36,212 nucleotides of DNA from Octopus sinensis (Eukaryota): positions 1 through 36,212 of the forward strand of contig NW_021829917.1 of NCBI RefSeq assembly GCF_006345805.1, in the 5' to 3' direction. Below, piece by piece: positions 11,985 through 23,014 of the stretch. Numbering within the stretch: the first letter of the stretch is position 1; the number at the start of each line of letters is the position of its first letter. Made by a program: the position numbers and the translations under genes. The notes below the pieces were generated by a model, which saw only the letters and a program-made list of their open reading frames with translations, did not search any database and was not told where the DNA came from.

Positions 11985-13479
11985 TATTCAACCATTCCAC
12001 TGCCTATGTACATGATATTAGTAAAATTAAATGCTGTTAGAGTATGGACACTCAGTTGAATAAAATCATTGACGTAGAAATAGAAAAATGAAAGGAAGTT
12101 TATGGAAAACACTTCTTCCAAGCGAATAAGAGAAATCCCTGAAGATCTGGATTTTTAATTAGATAATTTAAAATAGAATAGTTTGAAAGGTTTAGGCCAT
12201 AATATGAACACAGTCGTACTGCTTCGTAGAAAGTCTTGCGATAACCAAACATTACATATCGTCTAAAAAATCGTCTAAGAAAGTCCATTTTTCGTTTATG
12301 TGTTTAATTACGGCAACATCGCCTCCTTTGAAACTCACGACTTCTAAGAAGTTTGTATTTTTGCAAACTAGTATGAATGATAGTCATAATTATAGATATA
12401 TTCACACGTAAATCTTTAACATAAACTCCCTTTATTGTACCGCATATAGACCCGCAGAAAAGTATACCTTTATTATTATTATTATTATTATTTAAGCCAA
12501 AAACAGAATCACCGTCTTAACCATTAACTAACGTGTTCAGGTGATTCCGACACTTCTCAACAGTCTAGCCATCTTTTCACGATGTTCAGACCGTGACCCC
12601 ACACACTTTCTGTATGTACGGTGAAATGCTTGTGGTCCATCTCCACGATCCCTCCCACTTGCCTCTACAAGAGACTCCAGTGTTCGATGGACAATTTTCA
12701 TGTCGGTATGGTCCTTCAGTATGTTTATGGATTTTTCTTGGATTTTCTCGATTTTTAGTTGGTTCGTTGCCGCCAGGTTACAGCCCCAAGCAGCACATGC
12801 ATAGCCTATTGTTGGCTCGATATACTGCTTGTAAGGGTCTACCCCTGGCGGACAAGTTCTCCCACAGTTCGAAAGAAAGGCTTTCACAAAATTGATTTTC
12901 TTTATACAAGTTGACACGATCGATTCAACATGAGGTGAGAAACAGAGGAAAGTGTCAAACGTTACACCCAATATCTTCTGTGTTTTCTTTTGTGGTATTG
13001 GGACTCCATTCAGCGTGACTTCAATAATTTTCGTCCCCATCTTCCTGTTTTTCGTGAATAGGGTGACTGCTGACTTTTCGGAACATGCATGTAGTCTGTT
13101 TTCATATAGCCATCCATATAATTCGTCCAGTATTCTTTGTAGTCTTTCCTTCGCGTATTCGACATTTACATCCCTTGATGCGACAACTATGTCATCGGCC
13201 ATAGGAGAGTAGTATGTCATTATTATCCATAGGAACCGGGAGATCATTCAGAAACAAGTTGAAGAGGGTCGGGGATAAAGGAGAACCCTGGGGTACACCA
13301 TTGGGCAAAAAGCGTGATCTTGAACTCTCGTTCCCGACGCACACTTTCCCACGACGTCCGCTCAAAAAATTCGCTATCCATAGCTTCATAGGTGTAGAAA
13401 TATTTGTACCAATATCTTTTGAATTAGGACCTATAAATTAAACAAAATTAAAACCGAGCATTGCATAGGTAAAAGACAT
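11985..13479 (-). pseudogene. Putative intron-containing host gene interrupted by the 12.5-kb LINE (and by the Tc1 further downstream)
   Basis: Removing the LINE and one GGTA copy, and splicing a 24-nt (13431-13454) and a ~40-nt GT-AG intron, gives MSFTYAMLGPNSKDIGILFCGSICGTIKGVYVKDLLCKNTNFLEVVSFKGGDVAVIKHINEKWTFLDDFLD. No family recognised. Confidence 0.35.
12469..13406 (-). mobile_element. 5'-truncated LINE RT (CVG..HR..GIT family)
   Basis: GVPQGSPLSPTLF, Y-ADD (+1 G frameshift), KILGVTFD, ends RTYRKCVGSRSEHREKMARLLRSVGIT*. (TAA)n tail and 4-bp GGTA duplication (+ strand TACC at 12465-12468 and 13407-13410). Confidence 0.92.
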
Positions 13480-13639
13480 TGTAATAAGTAAACTATTGAC
13501 TATTAATATACTCGGTTTTATTAATTAATTATTTTATGACATTTTTTTGTCTAGTAAAGTTGTAGCTGCGGTCAATAATGTTTATAGTATTACTATTACA
13601 CAATAATTTATAATAAATTAAGAATTTAAATATTCGCTA

Positions 13640-14020
13640 TCAATTAATATCGATTAATCGAAGGGAAGGCCAGCAGCCTGGCAGATCGCCAAACTGTTCC
13701 CCCGGATAACGGCGATCGAGAACCGTTGCAATAGCCAGTCCATTTCCAGAGGAGTCAATTTCTTTCCATCTATCATACAAATGGTTTTAAATTTTAAGGT
13801 GTTTGTGGAACCCTTTTATGATTAGTTTTTGCGGAATTTTTAATTAATAGCATAGTTGTATAATGCTAGGAGTTAATGTTGACAACTGTATCCTCAAATC
13901 AGCTAGATATTTTGAGATGAATGCTCTCCAAAAATTAAAAAGGGATATTTTTGAATTATATTCTGATGTCAAATCAATAAGATTTTTATATTGAATAAGA
14001 TTTTTATATTGTTAAATTTG
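13640..14020 (-). pseudogene. hAT (Ac/ZBED-like) transposase fragment
   Basis: Minus frame LYDRWKEID..LAIATVLDRRY resembles the hAT ATxLDPR motif. Confidence 0.45.
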
Positions 14021-14129
14021 CGAATATTACTTTAATATTGAATGTATTTTAAACCCAACTGTCCTCAAATATATCCGAAAATTTTTTTTTCACGAAATGT
14101 TATTATTTCTTAAAAGAAAACAGAGAGAA

Positions 14130-14260
14130 AAGAGAGTTAACAAGAGGACTTCCCAGCCTCGTAGATGGAGAAACAGTTTCCACGTACAATGGCAAGGGAA
14201 ATCCTCTGAAGGAGCCATCCACACTCACGCGTGTCGTTTCTCTTCCGAGAAATCAGACGA
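14130..14260 (+). pseudogene. Short LINE linker-like fragment
   Basis: GC-richer island reading RGLPSLVDGETVSTYNGKGNPL, similar to APE-RT linker regions. Confidence 0.25.
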
Positions 14261-14700
14261 CCCAGCTTTTTGAGTAATATCCGAAAAATATTTCCGAATG
14301 TTATCATTCAAAATATCCAAATGATCTTTGATTTTTTGGAGAACTGTAGCATTCAATGCACATTTTGATTCATCCAGATATTGTTGCAAATGGGCAAAGC
14401 ATAAATTGTTATTTTTATCAACGGAAGCATTTCAAAATTCGATTTTTCGTTTTAATGTCATTAGTTTTTCATTTAAAATAAATACAGTTTGATATTTTCC
14501 TTGAAAAATTATGAAAATCTATTAATTTTCCCGTACATAGAAGCCAAATATGCAATTTTCTGTATCCAAAGCTTGTTTTCCGAATTTGTGTAAATTGGAA
14601 AATTTTGATTCTTACAGAAACACAAGCTCATTGCGTTATTCAAAAAAAAGTTTCGATATCCTTTTACATGACAACTATGCTATCATATTTGTGGAACATT
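14240..14700 (-). pseudogene. hAT/Charlie transposase fragment
   Basis: Frameshifted WLSC..FELRNEL, WIQKIAYLASMYGKIN and QKIKDHLDILNDNIRKYF. Confidence 0.65.
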
Positions 14701-15024
14701 GACTGTGGCATGCCAACCAGTCTTCGGTGTATCTTCTGAATCGTTAGAAGCCTTAAAAAGATCCACTTTCCCTGAAATCTCCTAAACTAGGAATCTCAGG
14801 CATCCTTAATCACCAGAGAAGAAATCCTCACGTGCATCAGCTTGTATAGCATTCTTCTACAACTAAGTCATTCAAAGACCTCTTACTCGATTTTTTATAA
14901 GAACCATTGCTTTGTTTACAGTGACAGTGACAGTCCTGTTTTTGTCAGAAAGTACTGGTTCCCAAGCCTTCTTTTTTTAAAACGAAAGATGAGAGATTTG
15001 TTAAATTGTTTACGTTCTCATTTA

Positions 15025-15385
15025 CCTGACATTCAAAATTTCAAACGGTTAAAAATTTTAAAAACTAAATAAAATAAATTGATGCCTCAATTGTTTTAGC
15101 ACACTTTCCATTCCAATTTAATTTTTTGGTGTCAAAAATGAGCTTTTCCATTTTATGCCTCGCAACCACCGAGGGTAGCATTTTCATTCCCTGTTCCTGT
15201 GATTTGAATTCTGAGTTTATGGATTACTATCCATATGGCCATGCGGCCATTTACTATTTACTATTAAATTACAAAAAAAAGCTAATCAATGACAGTTATA
15301 GTCTGCTACATTATTTCAATTAATTCGTCAATCATTAGTTAATTCTAGCAGATGATATGTTTTTTTATAATTCAGATCATTTGGA
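15025..15385 (+). repeat. Family X, partial copy
   Basis: ORF 15126-15323 (ATTEGSI..YYPYGHAA) aligns with the other copies. Confidence 0.8.
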
Positions 15386-15634
15386 TGATGTTGTATTATA
15401 TTTTAATTACTTAAAGGACTCGCATTCAAAAGCATTCTGGGACCAATCCTTCGCCTAGATTAATAAGGTTCGAACAACCATACGGAGATCCATTTACTAT
15501 TGTTGCAAAATTGTCTAACATTTTGTCAATGTAGAAAATAGAGATGGATTAGTCTTAATTTTTATGACTTTTGGTAATTTATAAACAATAAATTTTTTTA
15601 AAACAGGTTCATGACGTATATGAATCTCCTAAAT

Positions 15635-16031
15635 CAGTGGTTCTCAAACTTTTTTGCCTTGCATACCCCTTGCCATCTAAATAATTTTTTTCGCGTATCA
15701 TTTATAGATTTTTAAAAAATTAATAAAAAAATTATTTAATAATGAGATGAATGGTGTTGTTTATCAACAACTAATCTATCGACTTATGGATTCTTTGACG
15801 AATGTTACACGAATATCATGAACAACATTCAGCCTCGCACGATGAACTGATTTTAAACTAAACAACGATGAAAATCTCTGTTCGCAGAGATATGTAGTCG
15901 GAAACAAAATCAAAAATTCGATTATATAAAATCCAATTTTATGACATTTTGATATCATTCTACACAAAAATTCATTTAATGGTGCCGAAAATTAAATACA
16001 TTTTTCGCGTACCCTAGTTTGAGAACCACTG
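15635..16031 (-). mobile_element. 397-bp non-autonomous hAT/Charlie element
   Basis: 16-bp TIR CAGTGGTTCTCAAACT and 8-bp TSD TCCTAAAT (15627-15634, 16032-16039). Carries the dimerisation-domain remnant LFPTTYLCEQRFSSL. Confidence 0.95.
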
Positions 16032-16079
16032 TCCTAAATTTTTGGCCGAAAGATTTTCTTTTTTGTTTAATACAAAAAT

Positions 16080-16420
16080 TTCTCGAAAAACAATCAACAA
16101 CATTCATTTGAAAAAAGATTCTTTTCTCAAAGATAAAAAGATACCCAATCTAGCCTCAAAAAAGCAAATCTTAAGTTTCCCAAACTTGATGAAAAATTCG
16201 TTGAGGGATGGATTTGATTGAGTCTAGATGTATCTTATTTAGGGTCTATTATTGGGGCGTTTTCTTAATGATGCCTTAACTTCTAGTAAAGCCATGTTTT
16301 TTACACAACAACTTAAACTAGTAAATTTTAAAAACTCAAATGGTTTTTTGGAAAATTTAAAAAAACGACATGGATTTCAAATGCGAAAATTGATCAACAA
16401 AATTGAAGGAACGAAAAATG
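16080..16420 (+). pseudogene. Tigger/CENP-B HTH fragment
   Basis: KFPKLDEK and FKNSNGFLENLKKRHG motifs. Confidence 0.7.
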
Positions 16421-16444
16421 GCCAATTTGAGAGGGTTGAGTGTA

Positions 16445-16790
16445 ATTTGTCAATCATATTAGTTAGTTCTAGAAAATTCTGTTCAACATTTTCCCATCCT
16501 CAGCGACGTTTGATTCTGCTCAGATATTAGAATTAAGGTTTCTTATGTATATTCTCCGTTTGTGACAGCGTGTCTTCTATCACGACTTTAATTCATTTGA
16601 TTAACTGTTCGTGATTTTTTTTTATTTTCAAAGTAAAATAACAAGTAAAATAGAGAAATTAACTAATTTAGATGAGTCGCCGAGCGGATGGACAGGCAAT
16701 TCGTTTCACGACTGTTCGTGATTAAATAAAAAATTACCTTGAATGAGTTTGCAAATAACAGATTTTGAAAAATACTTTAAAAGTTATGTA
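16445..16790 (+). repeat. Family X, 3' part
   Basis: Aligns with 20560-20760 once the 94-bp insertion is removed. Confidence 0.8.
16617..16710 (-). mobile_element. 94-bp retro-insertion (LINE/SINE 3' end) with poly(A)
   Basis: 13-bp TSD ACTGTTCGTGATT (16604-16616, 16711-16723) and an A-rich tail on the minus strand. Confidence 0.85.
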
Positions 16791-16854
16791 ATTTGTATGT
16801 TTATAAATTTTTTTGTGTTTTTATTGTTTTTTTAAGTTTTTTTTGTAAAGGCAC

Positions 16855-17003
16855 CAAAACAAAGAGATAGAAGAAAAGCGTTAAGTCCCAGCGGCAAGGA
16901 CGCAGTGTGCGTTACCGCGAACAATGGCCAGACCGGGAATATTGTCATCCCGTCAGGCCTTTTGCCGTCTCCCCGATCGAGTCCGACCGGTTCGACGAGG
17001 CAC
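16855..17003 (-). pseudogene. CRE-clade RLE endonuclease fragment
   Basis: EPVGLDRGDGKRPDGMTIFP matches the CRE-type PD-(D/E)xK region. Confidence 0.7.
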
Positions 17004-17004
17004 G

Positions 17005-17340
17005 AATAAATAATTGATTCGAAGTTCAAAAATGAACTTCCATGCAAATTGAATTTTTTGGTGTTAAAAAAGAGGCGTTTCCTTTTTATGCCCCATGCAA
17101 CCACTGAGGGTTGCATTTATCTGACTCCCTTATTTGTTTCATATGTTTCATTACCTGACTTTCTTATCCTGTAGCATTTTACAGTAGAATGAAAGCAGGT
17201 TTTTTAAATTCCTATCCATATGGCCATATGGCCAAAAAGTAATTTACTTTAAATTATAAGTAAACAAGCTAATCAATGACAGTTTTAGTCTGCTCCAATA
17301 TTTTAATTAATTTGTCAATTATTAGTCAATTCTACCAAAT
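17005..17340 (+). repeat. Family X, 5'/central part
   Basis: gcaaccactgagggttgcatt, ccatatggccatatggcc and a 29-nt GT-AG segment at 17260-17288. Confidence 0.8.
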
Positions 17341-18230
17341 TCTCTTCAATCGTCTTGTCTTTTCGAGTAGATCATATGACGACTGGTAGGATCTTTCGGT
17401 TTTGGAATATCAGCAACGTAAATATTAACAAGTTATGGCTCTAGACCGAGCCTTTAGGTACCCTTCTTTTGAGATCAACAGATTTTGACAAACGGTTTCC
17501 GCATCGTATGTATGACCGCCTCATGGATAGATAGCTCTTCAGCCAATTGACCGTTCTAGACTCGGGTTTGATTCTGGCGACACTTTCCAAGAGGCCCAGG
17601 TGCCATACGCTGTCAAAAGCTTTTGAGACATCGAGGTAGATAGCAATAGTAGCTATATTGTTTGCAGGACTAAGCGAGATGGCTTTCTCAAGTTCTTCAA
17701 AACAATCTCCCCAGGATCTTTTTCGTCGGAAACCCAACTGCTCCGCTGCAAGTGCACCTGATTCCTCTACGAAGTTCGAAAGTCTTGTGAAGACAATCCG
17801 TTCCATAATTTTAGAGACGGAGCATATTAGGCTTATCGGCCTATAGTTCTCTGCATGGTCCTTCATTTTTCCAGGCTTTGGAATCATACGTACGATTGAC
17901 TTTTTCCAAGAGTCCGGTACGTATCCAAATCTCCAGCTTGCATTGTATAGTGCGGTCAAGTATCTTAGGAGAATAGTTGGGGCATGTTTGAATACAGTAA
18001 TTGGAATGTAGTCATCGCCGGATGCATTGTTCTTGCAGCTCATAATAGCGGCATACGTTTCTTCCAACGTTATATCTCTGCACAGTGATCCTGTATAACT
18101 CAAGTTTGCTCGCAGACTTTTCTGTGTCTCACATCTAACTTCTTCGGAACCATGTCTATCGGGTTCATTTCTTGAACTTTTGCCAGCAGTATAGCTTCCC
18201 TGGGAATTTTATCAAGTTTTTCAATTTGTA
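17341..18230 (-). mobile_element. Jockey-like LINE RT internal fragment
   Basis: WKKSIVRMIPKPGK, YRPISLICSVSKIMER, QLGFR, YLDVSKAFDSVWH and VPKGSV. The YADD region is deleted. Confidence 0.92.
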
Positions 18231-18232
18231 TA

Positions 18233-20099
18233 CAGTCAACCCTCTCTATAATGAACAAAATGTCCACATCAAAACATCATGTTCACTATTGTCTATAGTG
18301 AACAAAAGGAATCAAAATAACGATAAACAATATTAAAGTATAATTACAAAGATTATTTAGAGATTTTAATCATGTAATCGGTGATTTTTTTAGAATGATT
18401 AGTTTGATAATTCTTAAAATTTTTTGTATTTCGTATACTTTTCCTCTTTGTTCATAATCATTCTCAAGAAACCATAATTCAAGCGCCTTCGGATATTCAC
18501 TAGCTTCATATAGTGTCGGAACATAATTTTTTCATCTTCCTTTTCAACTTGGTCTTGCTGTTTTAGTTTTCTCGCAAAGTTTTGTATAAAGTTTTCGTCG
18601 TCAATTTGATCATTTTCATGAATCAAAAAATTTTCATCATCTATTGCTGTCAGGTTCTGTATTAACGCATTTTCAAATGCTTTCTTGAAACAATTTGTAA
18701 TTGTTAATTCCGACACTTCTAACCAAGCTTGATTTATGAATATCAAGCAATTCAATAGAGTGAATTTCTTCAACTTTTCCGTAACTTTTTCGTGATCTAC
18801 ATTGTCATCATTAGTATAAAATTCAATCAAGTGTGCACATAGGAGTTGTCTATACCTGTCTTTGAATGATTTTATTATTCCTTGATCAAGGGGCTGTAAC
18901 TTCGATGTTGTATTTGGAGGGAAAAAAAGAGTTCGATGTTACTGAACTCTAAATCACGTGAGTGTACAGTCGCATTATCAAGTAGAATTAGAATTTTTCT
19001 TTTTTGCAAAATCATTTTTTTGTTCAATTCTATGAGCCATTCTGAGAAATAACCATATGTCATCCATGCTTTTTTATTTGATTTGTATTCCACTTGTAAA
19101 TTATTAATTAAATTTCTTCTTCCTTTAAAGCAGCGTGGATTTTTGGCTATTCCAATAACAAATGGGTCAAGTTTTTCTCCCATCATACTAACGCAAAACA
19201 TAACAGTTACTCTTTCTTTTATCGGTTTATTAGACAAATTTTTGTCCGAGTCAACAGCTTTGTCCGAGACAAATTTTTGTTCTGTTCGACAAAAGTTTAA
19301 AAAACAATCCAGTTTCGTCCAAATTAAAAATATTTTTTGAACAATATTGTTCTAATTTTCTATTGAGGCTTTCAGTAAAATTTTCAATCACAGAGGTTTC
19401 AACAAATTGATTTTCCCCACATAAAGCACGGGAAGCAATGCAATATCGATTTTTAAATTTCTCAAGCCATCCATTTGATGCTTGAAATCCTTGAATATTA
19501 CAAACTTTCGCCATTTTTAGAGACATGGACTTCAAAAGATATTCATTAATTGTAAATCCAAATGATCGTTTTTTAACGAACCATTCAAATAGATCTCTGT
19601 CGAATGGTTGAGACTTGGGCAAGTAAATTTTCTTCTTTTTTTGGTCATCTTGAACATTAGGTATTCCTTCAGAATTTTTCAAAATTTTGTTTATGTAGCC
19701 CAGTGAATCGTTGAAATGAATGGATAAATCGCGCTGTGTGTAATGTCTATTTTTATTATAAAATTCGATTATTTCCTTTTTTTGAAAAAATGACAGGCGT
19801 TTTCGATTTTGCACCATGCTAACAACTGTAACACGTGTAGTTTATTCATTTTAAAGAATTTTAAATATATATATGTAAAAATATTAAGTTTAATATTTTT
19901 ATGTTCACAAAAATTTGACGTTCACTATTCTTTAATAGTGAACACAAAAATATTTAAATAAATGATATTATACATTTTTAAACGTGGTACTCATTTTATA
20001 ATAAATATATTAATGAGAATTACTAATATTTGTTATTGTAGATTGCATTAATATGGCTTGTTCACTATAGAGAGGGTTCATTATAGAGAGGGTTGACTG
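18233..20099 (-). mobile_element. pogo/Tigger (DD30D) transposon, near-intact
   Basis: Perfect 24-bp TIR CAGTCAACCCTCTCTATAATGAAC, TA TSDs at 18231-18232 and 20100-20101, subterminal GTTCACTAT..ATAGTGAAC palindromes. Transposase 19817->18414 has CENP-B HTH, FNLDETG, LLDNATVH and QPLDQG, and two single-base frameshifts. Confidence 0.97.
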
Positions 20100-20204
20100 T
20101 ATTTGATTATGTTATGTAATTATGTGATTTACATGTGTAACAAAAAGTTTTGGTTTTTTAATGCTTAGTTAAGTTAAATTTTTATTAATTTTTTTTATTT
20201 TTTA

Positions 20205-20790
20205 GCTTAAATAATTGATTTAAAATTTTAAAAATGAACTTACATTTCAATTGAATTTTTTGGTGTTAAAGAAGAGGCGTTTCCTTTTTATGCGCCATGC
20301 AACCAGTGAAGGCTGCATTTTAACCAATCCCCATTATTTTTTTATAACCGTAGCACTTTACAGTAGCATGAAAGCAGGGTTTATGAATTGCTATGCATAT
20401 GGCCATATGGCCAAAAAAAATTTACTATTAAATTACAAGTAAAAAGCTAATTAATGACCGTTTTAGTCTTCTACAATATTTTAATTAATTCGTCAATCAT
20501 TAGTTAATTCTGGCAAATGAGCTGTTTTTATTTCTAATTCAGATCATTCACATGTTTTTTTATATTTCTGTTCAACATTTCCTATACCTCAGTAAGGTTT
20601 GATTGTCCTCTGATATTAGAATAACGTTTCTTTTATGTATTCCCCGTTTGTACAGCTTACCTTCTTTACGATATTAATTTATTTAATTAAACGTTCGTGA
20701 TTAAATAAAAAACGACTTTGAATGAGTTTGCGATTAACAGATTTTGAAAAACACTTAAAAGTCTTTAAAAAACACTAAAGTGAAGACGAA
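20205..20790 (+). repeat. Family X, longest copy
   Basis: ORF 20251-20442 (ATSEGCI..YAYGHMA) and 28-nt GT-AG segments at 20439-20466 and 20592-20619. Confidence 0.8.
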
Positions 20791-20833
20791 GTTATAAAAA
20801 AATTTTGTAGAAATATTAACTATTTATTAAAGT

Positions 20834-21165
20834 GGTACTTTTCTATTTCATGAATCACGAAAATAGGCACTAAATAATTAATGAAAATTAGAGAAAAATT
20901 AAAAAAAAATGAACTATGCCGATTTTGTAAATATTATTATAAATTTTTTTAAATAAAATTTTGAATTTTTTAATCGGTTGTGTGGATGGACTGTCACGTT
21001 GGGATGAGAAAATACACAAAATTGAAGGACTACGAACTCCCTCTCTCTGAGATGGAGTCCGTAGCCTTCCTTCAGGAGGTTGGAATCATTCCAACAGAAA
21101 AGAAATGCGCCAAAAGATATCTGATGACCCTAAAGCGAGATGCTACAACTTGGGTGTGCGATATA
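20834..21165 (+). mobile_element. Merlin/IS1595 left end with transposase N-terminus, copy 2
   Basis: GGTACTTTTCTATTTCATGAATCACG terminus. Near-identical to 2656-2945 plus a ~50-nt insertion. Confidence 0.7.
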
Positions 21166-21284
21166 GAGCAAAAAAGCACAACTTATTGTATTATCGGCAT
21201 ATAAACACTTTGGAAGATCTGAAAGAGTTTTTTGTTCGCAAAGTAAAACAAATTTTAAATTAAATGAACTATAATTCAATAGTT

Positions 21285-21410
21285 TGAACCAGACCCCTAG
21301 TTGGAAGGGCACTTCCGCTTTCTAGAGCACTTTGGTGCCCCACGCAGGGGTTAGACTGTAATTAGATTTAACTATTCTAGTCTGGCTTTATTAAAAAAGA
21401 AATAAAAACG
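21285..21410 (+). mobile_element. Possible short LINE 3' end
   Basis: GC-rich island ending FRFLEHFGAPRRG* followed by an A-rich tail. No TSD found. Confidence 0.3.
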
Positions 21411-21469
21411 TTGATAAATTTATATGGACAATATATTCAAAAAATGTCAAATTTTCAGTGTGGAAATAA

Positions 21470-21970
21470 TAATAGCGTTAAGGTTTAATCCACATTAGTA
21501 GGTAGATATCCATCATTATCAACTTCTGTACACTCGGTACCTTCATTAAATCTACAGTTGTGTCTGAAATGAAAACATCGTTGATCCCACACATGAGGTG
21601 GTTAGCGGCATTTGATTTACTCACAATGTTTTTGAACACTCTTGGCTGTTTAAAATCCAGTATGTTATTGGCATCACTCTTACTCGTTGCTATGTAGAGA
21701 GGTTCTTCGAATATATACCTTCAATTTTTAGACAAAAATATTGTGTTTTGATCCTAAGTATACAAATTCACAGACATCAATAGTCCTGAGATTTGAGAGG
21801 TTAACTATGCTGCACTTGATAATATCTCAGCTTAGATTTATTAATTACAATTAATTATCTGTCCATAATCTCACCAAAGTCGAGATCCCGTCTATATCCT
21901 ATCTTTTTGAGAACCAGTATCCATCTACAAAAGAATCCACCAAATCATTAACGCTTTCATTTTCATCAAT
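21470..21970 (-). other. Possible intron-rich host gene or pseudogene of unknown identity
   Basis: Minus-strand coding-like stretches (DENESVNDLVDSFVDGYWFSK; YIFEEPLYIATSKSDANNILDFKQPRVFKNI..) separated by stop-containing AT-rich segments. Confidence 0.25.
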
Positions 21971-22101
21971 TTAAATCAAGCAATAAATAAGTTTAATGTC
22001 GGAAAAGTTTTATCAAGTCACTCAATTTTGTCAATTAAAAACAAATTTATAAAAGCCTCATAACAATAATTAAAATATCAAAAATAGTTAAAAAATCAAA
22101 A

Positions 22102-22652
22102 TTAATAATCAGAGAAATCAGTCTCGTCAGGATAGTCCTCCTGAGTTTGGAAAGAGTAATCACTGTCATCACTACAACTCACTCCAACACAAAACCTAGA
22201 AACATCCATTCCTTTTTCAATGATATAAAAAATATCAAAAACATATTTCTCCTCATTCTCCTCCAATCCAACGGGCACCATCGGAATAGAATTACAAGTC
22301 ACGTGACTAATCTGTCCAATAATTCCCTATAAACTACTCCATAGTCCAATTCTTCATTATTTGGATAATAAAAGTCGCCATCTTTTACCAAATCAATTAC
22401 TGTGTGGTCGACTGAGGAGTCAAACATGATTTGGGAAAATTCAGTTTCGAGAGGCTCAAAGGAGGCGATTTCATTGTTGAGGATTTGGTGGGGTTTTATC
22501 TCTTTTGATGTACAAAAGCCTGCATAGTGCATAGTCGGGTTGTCAAAATCAAATTCAGATATTTTTTGACGTTTTGCATTGACAGTTGACCAGTTTTCTG
22601 ATTTGTCGCTAAAACGTCGCTTCACTCGTACAATTCTTATAGTATCTGACAT
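22102..22652 (-). CDS. SLC7A6OS: SLC7A6OS/Iwr1-like RNA polymerase II nuclear import factor, 174 aa, one 26-nt intron (22312-22337)
   Basis: N-terminal IVRVKRR, central CNSIPM, YVFDIFY and acidic EDYPDE match the Iwr1/SLC7A6OS pattern. A GT-AG intron joins the two ORF-track fragments in frame. Confidence 0.7.
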
Positions 22653-23014
22653 TTCTAAAATACTAATTAAGGATTAATAAAATGGACCCACATGAACAAG
22701 CTATTTTATTACAAATAAAAATTATTCAAAATGTGTATTTTCCAAATAAAATAAAGTTATTAATTAAGATGTTGTCAAATCTTAATGACAAAACTAACAG
22801 TAGACAGGACTTCTATTAAAAACAATATTTTGAGTTAAAAATGTATATAAACGTTATCCACCACAAAAAACTCAAATTTTTTTCTATTTAATTTTAATGG
22901 CCGAATAGATTTTTAATAAACATATAAACTAAAAAAGTTTATAATATTCATCGATTAAAAGTATTTAGAATAAATGAATAGTGTTGCTTGGATTTATAAA
23001 TAAATGTTAATTAA

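Noticed and set aside
9921-16031. Large composite hAT element bounded by CAGTGGTTCTCAA ends
   Set aside because: The 8-bp flanks do not match (TCAAAGAA vs TCCTAAAT); the right end pairs with 15635, which has the matching TSD.
20205-20790. Family X as a minus-strand gene using a non-standard code (conserved in-frame TAA/TAG/TGA alternating with CAG/GAG), suggesting transfer from a ciliate
   Set aside because: The third-position bias is explained equally well by the + strand frame that shares wobble positions. That frame is open through the conserved blocks and its stops mostly fall in 28-40-nt GT-AG segments. Host genes use TAA/TGA as stops.
22299-22312. Frameshift or palindrome insertion (GTCACGTGAC) in SLC7A6OS
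   Set aside because: A 26-nt GT-AG intron at 22312-22337 joins the two ORFs in frame.
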